The notes under the pieces were generated by a model. It had not been told where the DNA came from. It worked only from the letters and a program-made list of their open reading frames with translations, and made no database searches. From a virus (taxonomy: Duplodnaviria > Caudoviricetes), in IMG/VR virus record IMGVR_UViG_3300037478_000316, positions 1 through 30,995 of that record: a stretch of DNA of 30,995 nucleotides; one strand, written 5' to 3'. The position numbers and the translations under genes were made by a program. Within the stretch, counting starts at the first letter, position 1, and each line of letters opens with the position of its first letter. Positions 8,658-16,326 of this stretch are shown piece after piece.

Positions 8658-8674
8658 TATACGCTGGACGTAGT
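8658..8674. promoter_or_regulatory. operator-like inverted repeat TATACG-N5-CGTAGT
   Basis: Near-copy of the perfect site at 8911-8927; overlaps the XRE start codon. Confidence 0.55.
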
Positions 8675-8882
8675 GACACCCACACGCACAGTCGGCGCGA
8701 ACATCCGCGCGCGCCGCGAGAAGCTCGGCCTCACACGTCGAGCGCTGGCCGCGGAGCTTGGGACCACGGAGACGACGCTGTACCGCTGGGAGACTGGCCG
8801 GCACACGCCAGGGGTGCCCGAGCTGCACGCGCTCGCCGAAGCGCTTGGGTGCCAGGCAGGAACGCTTCTACGGGGCACGTAG
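8673..8882 (+). CDS. XRE/Cro-family HTH repressor
   Basis: VGANIRARREKLGLTRRALAAELGTTETTLYRWETGRHTPGVPELHALAEALGC. Confidence 0.92.
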   Translation: MTPTRTVGANIRARREKLGLTRRALAAELGTTETTLYRWETGRHTPGVPELHALAEALGCQAGTLLRGT

Positions 8883-8900
8883 ATTCTTGGTCGATTTTTG

Positions 8901-8929
8901 TTGCTGCGTATATACGGGCCGCGTATAGT
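8901..8929 (+). promoter_or_regulatory. sigma-70-like promoter overlapped by operator TATACG-N5-CGTATA
   Basis: TTGCTG 8901-8906, 17-bp spacer, TATAGT 8924-8929; perfect inverted repeat at 8911-8927. Confidence 0.65.
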
Positions 8930-8935
8930 TTGGGT

Positions 8936-9298
8936 GTGAACAGGTCAAACAGTATCCAAAATCTCGCCGCGCAGACCCGCGCGAATCCTCCGACCATCCG
9001 GCAGTTCGTGACCTGGATCCATATGGACGAAGGCGACGCGCGGGAGGATGGCCGCGCATCCATGACGGCGCTGCTGAGGGACATCTACGGCCCGTTCGAC
9101 CTGGCGACCGCCAACACGCTGCACGCCGAGGAGATGCTGGTCGCGTCCGGGTTGCTGGCATCTCAGGTGGACCGGACGACCGATCGCCACAGCTGGCAGA
9201 CCGAGCTCGGGCGACGCGTCGCCGCTGCCCTGTTCGGGCCCGATGACCCCTACGCGATCGGCCAGTTCGGGGAAGCCGTCGCGAAAGGCGAGGTGTAG
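8936..9298 (+). CDS. hypothetical protein, probably leaderless
   Basis: GTG 8936 lies 6 nt after the -10 box; it is the protein-like distal part of track ORF 7922..9298. Confidence 0.65.
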   Translation: MNRSNSIQNLAAQTRANPPTIRQFVTWIHMDEGDAREDGRASMTALLRDIYGPFDLATANTLHAEEMLVASGLLASQVDRTTDRHSWQTELGRRVAAALFGPDDPYAIGQFGEAVAKGEV

Positions 9299-9343
9299 CC
9301 AATGCTCCCCCAAGACTTGGCGGACTGTTCATTTTGTAGTGGC

Positions 9344-9456
9344 GCCCGCCAGGAAATCCCCGCATCGTGGAGCGTGATGGGTGGATTTGAGGTGGCGACC
9401 ACAGCAGACTGTTTCGGCGAAACGGTTGGCAGGTTCGAATCCTGCTGTGGGCACCA
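9344..9456 (+). ncRNA. tRNA-like structured RNA and/or attP-associated tRNA 3' end
   Basis: Canonical T-arm GCAGG-TTCGAAT-CCTGC (9429-9445), then TGTGGGC-A-CCA (to 9456); 5' GCCCGC (9344) can pair as an acceptor stem; no canonical D or anticodon arm. Confidence 0.55.
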
Positions 9457-9478
9457 GGTCAAAAAAGGGCCGACAGGT

Positions 9479-10405
9479 CTACCGCCCGGACATCCCGGCG
9501 TCGGTCAATCGGTCCGCGAACTCGAGGGCCTCACGACTCGCAAGGTGCGAGTACCGTTCGAGCATCTCGATCGACTGCCATCCACCCCAGCGCTGAACGA
9601 CGGCAATCGGGACGCCGCGTCGCAGGCACCAGCTCGCCCACGTGTGGCGCAGCATGTGGGGGCTAACTCGCTTGGGAGTCCCGTCGGCCTTGACGAGATC
9701 CGCCCGATGCCCAGCCCGCATCACGGCCTCCGTGATCGGCGACCGAGCGACGGGTCTCCCCGGGATCGATCCGGGAAACACGAGATGGCTACGCCGCGGC
9801 TGCTTCCGCAGCGCACTGCACACTACTTCGGTCAATGGGACCTCCCGGGCGCGGTTGCCCTTCGTGGTCGTCATGCGGTCGCGGTACCAGGATCGTCGCA
9901 CGATCACGACACCGCGGAACAAGTCGAGGTCCTCCCAGTGCAGCGCGAGGAGCTCGCCGAAGCGAAGCCCAGCACGTGCCGCGAGCAACAGCAGCGGGTA
10001 GTGCTTCGTCGTCTCGGAGACTCCGAGCAGACGCGTCGTCTCCCGCTCCGACAGGTAGGCGTCAGCTTCGATCATATCGCGCCGGGCCTTGCGCGCAGCA
10101 TCGATCACGAGCGGCGCATCTCGCAGGCCCCATCGGTGCGCGACGGCGACCATCCGCTGGAGGGTAATCAGCACGTTGCCGATTGTGTTGGGGGACAGGC
10201 CTTTGGCGCTCAGCTTCATGATGAAGCGGTCGACCGTTCGGTTGTCGATCTCGGCGATCTCCCGATCACCAAGCACCGGAACGATGTACCGGCGCAGGTC
10301 GTTGGACTTGTTTTCGATCGACGACTCCTTGTTGGCACCGCGCCGACTGGCGGCGGGCGACTTGCAAAACTCGATGAACTCGGATTCAAACTCGGACACA
10401 AGCAT
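9479..10405 (-). CDS. int: tyrosine recombinase / phage integrase
   Basis: AGLRFGELLALHWEDLD, HMLRHTWAS, WGGWQSIEMLERYSH give the R-H-R-W-Y catalytic set; SAM-like domain LSPNTIGNVL. ATG 10405 preferred over the track start at 10474. Confidence 0.93.
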   Translation of the reverse strand: MLVSEFESEFIEFCKSPAASRRGANKESSIENKSNDLRRYIVPVLGDREIAEIDNRTVDRFIMKLSAKGLSPNTIGNVLITLQRMVAVAHRWGLRDAPLVIDAARKARRDMIEADAYLSERETTRLLGVSETTKHYPLLLLAARAGLRFGELLALHWEDLDLFRGVVIVRRSWYRDRMTTTKGNRAREVPLTEVVCSALRKQPRRSHLVFPGSIPGRPVARSPITEAVMRAGHRADLVKADGTPKRVSPHMLRHTWASWCLRRGVPIAVVQRWGGWQSIEMLERYSHLASREALEFADRLTDAGMSGR

Positions 10406-10468
10406 TCTGAGACCTTCGGGTTGGGTCTCGCCGAAACGTGGCGAGAGGTAGCACGGAACCGGCGGCGT

Positions 10469-10963
10469 GTGCACCGGGATTCACCGGGCAAGACAGTCGT
10501 AACGCAGCTTTCCACGGAATCGATCTGCGTTAGTTCCAGGCCTGTTCTCCTCGCCTTGCTCCTATCGGGTTGCTCCGGCGCGCTGCCCGTGTACTCGCAG
10601 ACGCCTCCGACCGAGCAGCAGCAGACCGCGCTTGACGAGGCGTCGGACCTGCTGGGCCACGAGTTCGTGCTTGCCGATCGGCCCTACGGAGCTGTCGAGA
10701 TCAAGTGGCGCGACAAGCCTTGGGTGCACTCGAAGCTCGGCCGGATCTCCGGCATGGCGAGCGAGCATCAGATCGGCTGCGAGCGTCACCTGCACAGCAT
10801 CGCAGACGGACACGTGATCGCCCACGAGATGGGCCACACGTTCGGGTTGCCGCACACCGATGACTCCGAGGACATCATGCACGAGTCCACGCTGGGCGAG
10901 CGCATCGGCGAGTTCGAGTTGCTCGATCGTCGGGTTGAAAGATTCGTGGGGTGGTGCTCATGA
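10469..10963 (+). CDS. matrixin-like (metzincin) zinc metalloprotease lipoprotein, start uncertain
   Basis: RPVLLALLLSGC lipobox; HEMGHTFGLPH (HExxHxxGxxH) and Met-turn DIM. Confidence 0.75.
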   Translation: MHRDSPGKTVVTQLSTESICVSSRPVLLALLLSGCSGALPVYSQTPPTEQQQTALDEASDLLGHEFVLADRPYGAVEIKWRDKPWVHSKLGRISGMASEHQIGCERHLHSIADGHVIAHEMGHTFGLPHTDDSEDIMHESTLGERIGEFELLDRRVERFVGWCS

Positions 10964-11190
10964 ACGCTCTCGACGCGCTCGACGACACGCAGTGCCCGGA
11001 CTGCGGCTCGGACTGCGAGCTCTGCGAGCACTGTGCCGCGCCCATCTACTGTTGCACGCCGGCGCTCCAGTACCAGCTCGAGACCGGCACGAGTCGCTTC
11101 GCACCGAAGGTCGTGATCGATCTGCTGTGCGGGTGCGCTGAGGAGATCGCGTTCCACCAGGACGCTACCTCAGATTGGATGTCGCCATGA
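10960..11190 (+). CDS. small Cys-rich hypothetical protein
   Basis: ATGA coupling; CPDC, CEHC, CC, CGC. Confidence 0.6.
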   Translation: MNALDALDDTQCPDCGSDCELCEHCAAPIYCCTPALQYQLETGTSRFAPKVVIDLLCGCAEEIAFHQDATSDWMSP

Positions 11191-11399
11191 ATGGAGTCGG
11201 ATGGATCGAGGAAATCGATCTCTCATATTCTGAGCTGCGGAAGGTCAAGCAAGAGAACTACGACATGCGCCAGGTGATGCAAGTCGCGCTGCTACGCCTC
11301 TATGAATACGCTGACCTCCTGGATCTCACCGGAGGAGACGCGGCGGATATCCGACGGATCATAGACAGCATCGAAAAGTTCGGAGGAAACAATGGATAG
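11187..11399 (+). CDS. hypothetical protein
   Basis: ATGA coupling; helical composition. Confidence 0.6.
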   Translation: MNGVGWIEEIDLSYSELRKVKQENYDMRQVMQVALLRLYEYADLLDLTGGDAADIRRIIDSIEKFGGNNG

Positions 11400-11925
11400 C
11401 ACCGAGATGATCGTAGCACGTTCGCGTTGCCTCATGAATCACGGGATCGCCGTGGAGCATGCGTTCTCCGAAGCTTGCGAATACCACCGCCGCGCCACGC
11501 CAGACGAGCGCAAGGCTGCGTCAGAGGTGCTCGGGTTGGCCACCAATCCGTGCCGCGAATGTCTCGACACGATGGACAACAAGTGCAAGTCGTGCGGCCG
11601 AGCGGTTGGGGCGATCGATGACGCTGGCGACGTGCCGAGCTTGCCGCCTGCGCCGGTGCTGTCGTCGGTGGCTGATGCTGACGAGGGCGACACATGGATT
11701 GAGTTGATGTGCATCCTGACGCACGAGTCCACGCGCTACGGGTTGTTCGTCCGGATTGACTGGGGTTGGGGATGCCAGCAAGTCGAGAGCAACTTGCGGT
11801 GGATCCAGACGCTCGACGAGACGGTGGATGTTGAAGTGGTCGCGTGGTGGGAGCCGGACTGCATCGACGCGCTGGCTCAAGAGTTGGAAGGCCGCCGGAT
11901 TGGTGGGGAGGCGTTGGCATGCTGA
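11392..11925 (+). CDS. hypothetical protein (CxxC...CxxC)
   Basis: GGAGG RBS before ATG 11392. Confidence 0.7.
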   Translation: MDSTEMIVARSRCLMNHGIAVEHAFSEACEYHRRATPDERKAASEVLGLATNPCRECLDTMDNKCKSCGRAVGAIDDAGDVPSLPPAPVLSSVADADEGDTWIELMCILTHESTRYGLFVRIDWGWGCQQVESNLRWIQTLDETVDVEVVAWWEPDCIDALAQELEGRRIGGEALAC

Positions 11926-12227
11926 GCATCGCCAAGATCGAAGCGCTCTCGCACCCGGAGCCAACAACCGGATGTTGGCTTTGGGTCGGCCAAGTGCACG
12001 CGAGTCGAACCTTCGAGTACGGGCGGATCCAGGTCGCCGGCAAGAGATGGCGAGCACATCGATATTCGCTCTCCTGTCGGATCGGCCGACGCGTGCGATG
12101 CGATCGCGTCGTGCGGCACCTGTGCGACACGCCGCTGTGTGTGAACCCCCATCACTTGGCCGAGGGCACGCAGCGGCAAAACTGTCTCGATCAAAAGCGC
12201 AACCGGAAGGCGGCCTGGCCATGCTGA
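11919..12227 (+). CDS. HNH endonuclease (HNH_3 type)
   Basis: GCWLWVG...YGRI...AHRYS...VRHLCDTPLCVNPHHLAEGTQRQN. Confidence 0.88.
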   Translation: MLSIAKIEALSHPEPTTGCWLWVGQVHASRTFEYGRIQVAGKRWRAHRYSLSCRIGRRVRCDRVVRHLCDTPLCVNPHHLAEGTQRQNCLDQKRNRKAAWPC

Positions 12228-13156
12228 CCCGCCCCCGTCTCGATCACTCCCTCCGCCGCAACCGGATCACATCGTCCGTCGCTGCCGGATGCCTCGGCCT
12301 CAGTCCCTATATGAGCCCAGCCGACGCATGGGCCCGCATCCTCGAGCCCGAAGCGTACGAAGACGACGGCAACCCCGACAACTTCGAACGCGGCCACGTG
12401 CTCGAGCCTGCACTCCTCGAGTGGGCAAGCAACAAGCTCGATCAGCCGTACACGAAGCCGGGAACGATCGTCGTTGCGGACTGGGCCGCCTGCTCCGTCG
12501 ACGGTGTACTGGCCGACGGCAACTTGCTCGAAGCCAAGACCGTGTCGGCCCGAGCTTCCGACGGTTGGGGGAACGACGGAACCGAGGACATCCCGGACTT
12601 CGTGAAGATCCAGGCGTACTGGCATCTCTACGCCTATCCGAAGGCCCGCACGTGCTGGGTTCCTTTCGTCGGCGATTACGGCTTGGAGCTCAGGCTCTAC
12701 CAAGTCGCCCGGCACCAGCCGACGATCGGCACGCTGGTCTCCGCGCTTCGTAAGTGGCATGCGGCCTACGTCGTCACGAAGACCCGCCCGCCCGGAGCGA
12801 TGGACTCCAAAGTCCGCGACCGCATGGCCGCACGCAGCGACACGCTGAAGGTCATGGACGAAGTGCCCGACGAACTCGCCGGACTGGTCGCCGACTACCT
12901 CGCCGCGAAGGAAGCCGAGGAAGCTGCGCACGCGCTGAAGTCCGAAGCCCGCGAAGCGATCAAGGACGCGATGGGCAAGTACAAATCCGCGAAGACCGAC
13001 GCGTGGGGGATCACGTATGGCACCCGCAAGGGCTCCGCTCGCACCGATTGGAAGGCCGCAGCCCTCGAGCTCGGCATCACCGAAGAGATGAAGAAGCAAC
13101 ACACGTCCCATGGACACGAATCGCGAGTGCTGGTCATTCGCGCAAAAGGGGGTTGA
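12221..13156 (+). CDS. YqaJ-like (lambda-exonuclease family) recombination nuclease
   Basis: RRNRITSS.AAGCLGLSPY, RGHVLEP, CSVDG, LEAKT, IPDFVKIQAYW; coiled-coil C-terminus. Confidence 0.88.
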   Translation: MLTRPRLDHSLRRNRITSSVAAGCLGLSPYMSPADAWARILEPEAYEDDGNPDNFERGHVLEPALLEWASNKLDQPYTKPGTIVVADWAACSVDGVLADGNLLEAKTVSARASDGWGNDGTEDIPDFVKIQAYWHLYAYPKARTCWVPFVGDYGLELRLYQVARHQPTIGTLVSALRKWHAAYVVTKTRPPGAMDSKVRDRMAARSDTLKVMDEVPDELAGLVADYLAAKEAEEAAHALKSEAREAIKDAMGKYKSAKTDAWGITYGTRKGSARTDWKAAALELGITEEMKKQHTSHGHESRVLVIRAKGG

Positions 13157-13157
13157 G

Positions 13158-13331
13158 ATGGAAAAGCTCGAAGCAATCAAAGAACAAGATCGATTCGTCA
13201 AGGCGATCCGCCGAATGTTGGATTCCACCCAGCAGACGAGCAAGGTTCGGCCGCACCTGGCCGAAGCGTACGCCGCAGCCGTCGCAGAACTCGCCGACCT
13301 TCTCGGAGGAAAGGACACCTCGTCATGCTAA
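13158..13331 (+). CDS. hypothetical protein
   Basis: MEKLEAIKEQ... starts right after the YqaJ stop. Confidence 0.5.
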   Translation: MEKLEAIKEQDRFVKAIRRMLDSTQQTSKVRPHLAEAYAAAVAELADLLGGKDTSSC

Positions 13332-13591
13332 GGCCCGGCGATATCGCAGCCCTTCGTCGCTGCCAAGGCGCACCGGTCGACCCGCTATGCCAGTCGATGC
13401 GTAGGCTCGAAGACGCGGGAGCCGTCCGCATCATCGCAAGCTACAACCCAGAGCACTACGGCGCGCGCCTGGATCTCGTGGGGCACCGCATGGAATGGGT
13501 GGGCGGCGACTTCTCGGCACCGGTGCTGACCTACTCGATCACCAGCTACGGCGGCGGGCTGCTGAATGGTGAGATCCGGAGGGCGGGATGA
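13325..13591 (+). CDS. hypothetical protein
   Basis: AAGGA RBS; coupled to the next gene. Confidence 0.55.
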   Translation: MLRPGDIAALRRCQGAPVDPLCQSMRRLEDAGAVRIIASYNPEHYGARLDLVGHRMEWVGGDFSAPVLTYSITSYGGGLLNGEIRRAG

Positions 13592-13989
13592 GCCGATCAG
13601 GATACAGCGACGACGTATGGGGGCCGGAGTACAACCTGTACCGCGGGGCTGTGGATGCCGCCATCTACGGCAAGCGTGGTCAGCAGATGCTCCGGGAGCT
13701 CCGCGATGCTCTCGACGCGATGCCAGTGAAGCGGCTGGTCAGAGGTGAGCTGGAGACCACGGACGGTGAAGTGTGCGCCCTTGGATGCCTAGGAAGAACC
13801 CGCGGCGTCGACATGGGTGACCTGGATCCAGATGACGCAAAGTCGGTTGCCAAGGCGTTCAATATTGCAGAGTCGCTCGCGCGCGAGGTCGTGTTCCTCA
13901 ACGACGAGGACTATTGGTCTGAGACGCCCGAGCAGCGATGGCAGCAGATGCGCAGCTGGTGCGACAAGCACATTAGGAGCGCGTCATGA
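13588..13989 (+). CDS. conserved phage hypothetical protein
   Basis: MSRSGYSDD...RGAV.AAI.GKRGQ..LRELRDALDAMP.KRL...VCALG resembles a recurrent phage family of unknown function (recalled, not searched). Confidence 0.75.
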   Translation: MSRSGYSDDVWGPEYNLYRGAVDAAIYGKRGQQMLRELRDALDAMPVKRLVRGELETTDGEVCALGCLGRTRGVDMGDLDPDDAKSVAKAFNIAESLAREVVFLNDEDYWSETPEQRWQQMRSWCDKHIRSAS

Positions 13990-14978
13990 TCCACGGCCTC
14001 GTAAAACCGAGTTTAGCCCAAGCCGGCAAGATCAAGATCGGCGGCCTCGGTCGGGAGATGACCAGCAGGAAGGGCAACAAGTTCCGCCCGCCCGAGAAGT
14101 TCGATCACTTCGTGATCACGACGCAGTTGCGGCAGAACCCGCGCGACCAGAAGTCGGACCTCATCATCGATGAAGCGATGATGGCCGCGCTGCAAAAGGA
14201 CCAAGACGGCAAGTGCCGAGTGATCCCGATCATCCTGCACAGCGACGAGATCGAAGAGGTGTTCCCGACCGACCTCGCCGCCTACGCAGGCAAGTCGCTG
14301 GCGTGCAAGGGCGACGGCAAGAAGGCCACCCGCTGGACGTTCAGCAACGGCACGCGCACCGACCAGACCAAAGAGTGCGTGTGCCCCTGCCCCTACCTGG
14401 AGCAGAAGAAGTGCAAGCCACACGGGCGGCTGTACTGCTCGATCAACCTGCCGGGCCAAGCGATCGCCGGAGCCGTCCATGTGTGGCGCACAACGTCGAT
14501 CATTTCGATCCAGCAGATGACCGCGTCGCTGGAGCAGATCAAGTCGATGGTGGGCAGCCTTCGCGGCGTCCCTCTCGTGCTCCGAGTGCTGCCGGTACAG
14601 GTCTCACCGGAAGGTAAGTCGACCACGGTCTACGTGTGTCACGTCGAGCTGCGTGCATCCGACCTCCTGGAGGTGCAGCAACGGGTGTTGCAGCGGCGCG
14701 AGATGGAACGGCAGCTGAACGGCTCCGCGCCACGACTACATCTGCCAAGCCTTGCCGATGAGTCGCCCGAAGAGATGGCCGACACAGCGGATGAGTTCTA
14801 CCCGCCCGAGTACGAGCAAGACGAGGTGCAGGATGCGGAGTACGCCGAGCGCGAGCCGGGCGATGACGATCCCGATTTCGTGCCGGCGCATGCCTTGCTC
14901 GGAAAACTGAAAAACGTGGAAGAGAAACTTGCAGCAACGTTCAACGGGTCTGTCAAAGAGGAAGGAGTGCCGGGATGA
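13986..14978 (+). CDS. Gp3-like (recombination directionality factor-like) protein, putative ssDNA annealing partner of YqaJ
   Basis: AGKIKIG...RPPEKFDHFVIT, CKGDG, CPCPY...CKPHGRL, WRTTSIIS; acidic tail. Confidence 0.7.
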   Translation: MIHGLVKPSLAQAGKIKIGGLGREMTSRKGNKFRPPEKFDHFVITTQLRQNPRDQKSDLIIDEAMMAALQKDQDGKCRVIPIILHSDEIEEVFPTDLAAYAGKSLACKGDGKKATRWTFSNGTRTDQTKECVCPCPYLEQKKCKPHGRLYCSINLPGQAIAGAVHVWRTTSIISIQQMTASLEQIKSMVGSLRGVPLVLRVLPVQVSPEGKSTTVYVCHVELRASDLLEVQQRVLQRREMERQLNGSAPRLHLPSLADESPEEMADTADEFYPPEYEQDEVQDAEYAEREPGDDDPDFVPAHALLGKLKNVEEKLAATFNGSVKEEGVPG

Positions 14979-15289
14979 AATGCGAAGAGTGCAAGGGGTC
15001 GGGTAAGTACGTTGGGTTGTATGAGGTTGGGGAGTGTCGGACTTGCGGTGGTGGCACGAAGCAGCAGCCGACAAGCGAGGCACCGGACCACCTTCGCGAC
15101 GGACCGGAGGCGGGCGCGTACAGAGTGAAGATCAAAGGCATCTACACAGAGGTTCGGCACGTGAGCATGGGCGGCATGGTCTGGCATCCAATGGCTCCGG
15201 CTATCCAGTTCCGCTGGGATGCGAACGCGGTCGATGGCCAGCCCCTCTACGACTGGGCCACCGCCGTCAAGATCGCGGAGCCATCATGA
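14975..15289 (+). CDS. hypothetical protein with a DnaJ-like CxxCxGxG Zn finger
   Basis: CEECKGSG...CRTCGGG. Confidence 0.65.
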   Translation: MKCEECKGSGKYVGLYEVGECRTCGGGTKQQPTSEAPDHLRDGPEAGAYRVKIKGIYTEVRHVSMGGMVWHPMAPAIQFRWDANAVDGQPLYDWATAVKIAEPS

Positions 15290-15435
15290 GACCGATCGGA
15301 TTCGCAGTCGTCGGCGCCCGCAATCACGCCGACTACCACTGGATCATCGCAAAGGCGGCGATCCGAAACGGCTGGAAAGGCATCGCGGTGAAGCGCCTCC
15401 ATCTGGCCCTGGAAGCACGGAGACTCGGACTATGA
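15286..15435 (+). CDS. small hypothetical protein
   Basis: ATGA coupling at both ends; MRPIGFAVVG... Confidence 0.5.
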   Translation: MRPIGFAVVGARNHADYHWIIAKAAIRNGWKGIAVKRLHLALEARRLGL

Positions 15436-15668
15436 TCACAGCGATCTTGTGGGCATGCACCATCGTGGTGATCCTGACCATCGCATCAATCGGCGGCACG
15501 ATCGCGCTACGTATCGTCGCCGGCGTAATGCGTCAGCAGGACATCCTGGAGGCTGCCGCAAAGTCGCGAGTGCTAGAACTTCAAGCAATGTCGGAGGCAC
15601 GTGGTGCGGAGATCCGCGCCGGTGCACAGGTAACCGTAAGAGCGATCGCAGAACAATCGGAGATGTAG
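15432..15668 (+). CDS. small membrane-anchored protein
   Basis: MITAILWACTIVVILTIASIGGTIALRIVAGVM hydrophobic N-terminus. Confidence 0.55.
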   Translation: MITAILWACTIVVILTIASIGGTIALRIVAGVMRQQDILEAAAKSRVLELQAMSEARGAEIRAGAQVTVRAIAEQSEM

Positions 15669-15670
15669 AG

Positions 15671-16099
15671 ATGAGCGACTTGAATAGACACACCATCATC
15701 GGACGACTCGGTAAAGACCCCGAACTCGTGCAGACCACCAGCGGTAAATCGGTTTGCAAGTTCTCGGTTGCGACCGGGTCATCCTACAAGGACCGCGACG
15801 GCAACAAGGTCGAGACCACCCATTGGCACAACGTCGTCACGTGGGAGAAACTCGCCGATCTCTGCGGACAGTATCTTGCAAAGGGCAGACAGGTGTACGT
15901 GGAGGGCCGATCGGAAACTCGGTCGTACGAGAAGGACGGCGTCACGAAGTACATGACGGAGCTCGTGGCGAACAACGTCATCTTCCTCGGGTCGAAGGAT
16001 GGCGGCAGCGGGCAGCAGCAGGAACAGGGCAGCGGCCAGCCGAAACCGAGTGGCAGTGGCGATCCAGGCGGCCAATACGACTCCGAGATTCCCTTCTAG
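15671..16099 (+). CDS. ssb: single-stranded DNA-binding protein
   Basis: LNRHTIIGRLGKDPE, FSVAT, THWHNVVTWEKLAD, KGRQVYVEG; tail DSEIPF. Confidence 0.97.
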   Translation: MSDLNRHTIIGRLGKDPELVQTTSGKSVCKFSVATGSSYKDRDGNKVETTHWHNVVTWEKLADLCGQYLAKGRQVYVEGRSETRSYEKDGVTKYMTELVANNVIFLGSKDGGSGQQQEQGSGQPKPSGSGDPGGQYDSEIPF

Positions 16100-16105
16100 G
16101 ACATC

Positions 16106-16321
16106 ATGCAAAAAGCATCTCTAAGCTGGCTGGACAGAAAACGCGTCGTCGGAGGCAAGCGCCCAGCACTGTCACTGTTGCAAGCGCTGCTCGGTGGCGT
16201 TGCTCCAGAGTCTGTGACTCGCTGCGAGACTGACATCTGCGACGCCGCGGCGCGCGAGGTGAACGACTGGCCGCAGTGGAAAAAAGACGCCTCCGGCACG
16301 CTGCCCGTGACCCGCAAGTAA
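16106..16321 (+). CDS. hypothetical protein
   Basis: AGGA RBS; fills the gap between ssb and the helicase. Confidence 0.45.
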   Translation: MQKASLSWLDRKRVVGGKRPALSLLQALLGGVAPESVTRCETDICDAAAREVNDWPQWKKDASGTLPVTRK

Positions 16322-16326
16322 GACCC

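Noticed and set aside
7922-8935. N-terminal part of the 458-aa ORF 7922..9298
   Set aside because: Overlaps the lipoprotein and XRE genes out of frame and has low-complexity Arg/Gly content.
9344-9456. Canonical tRNA-Leu(GAG), suggested by TTGAGGT at 9387
   Set aside because: No anticodon stem or D-loop around it, and it lies too far from the T-arm.
9302-10468. 553-aa plus-strand ORF 9302..10963 as one protein
   Set aside because: Most of it is antisense to the integrase and crosses the tRNA-like element; long shadow frames are expected at high GC. Only the protease part is protein-like.
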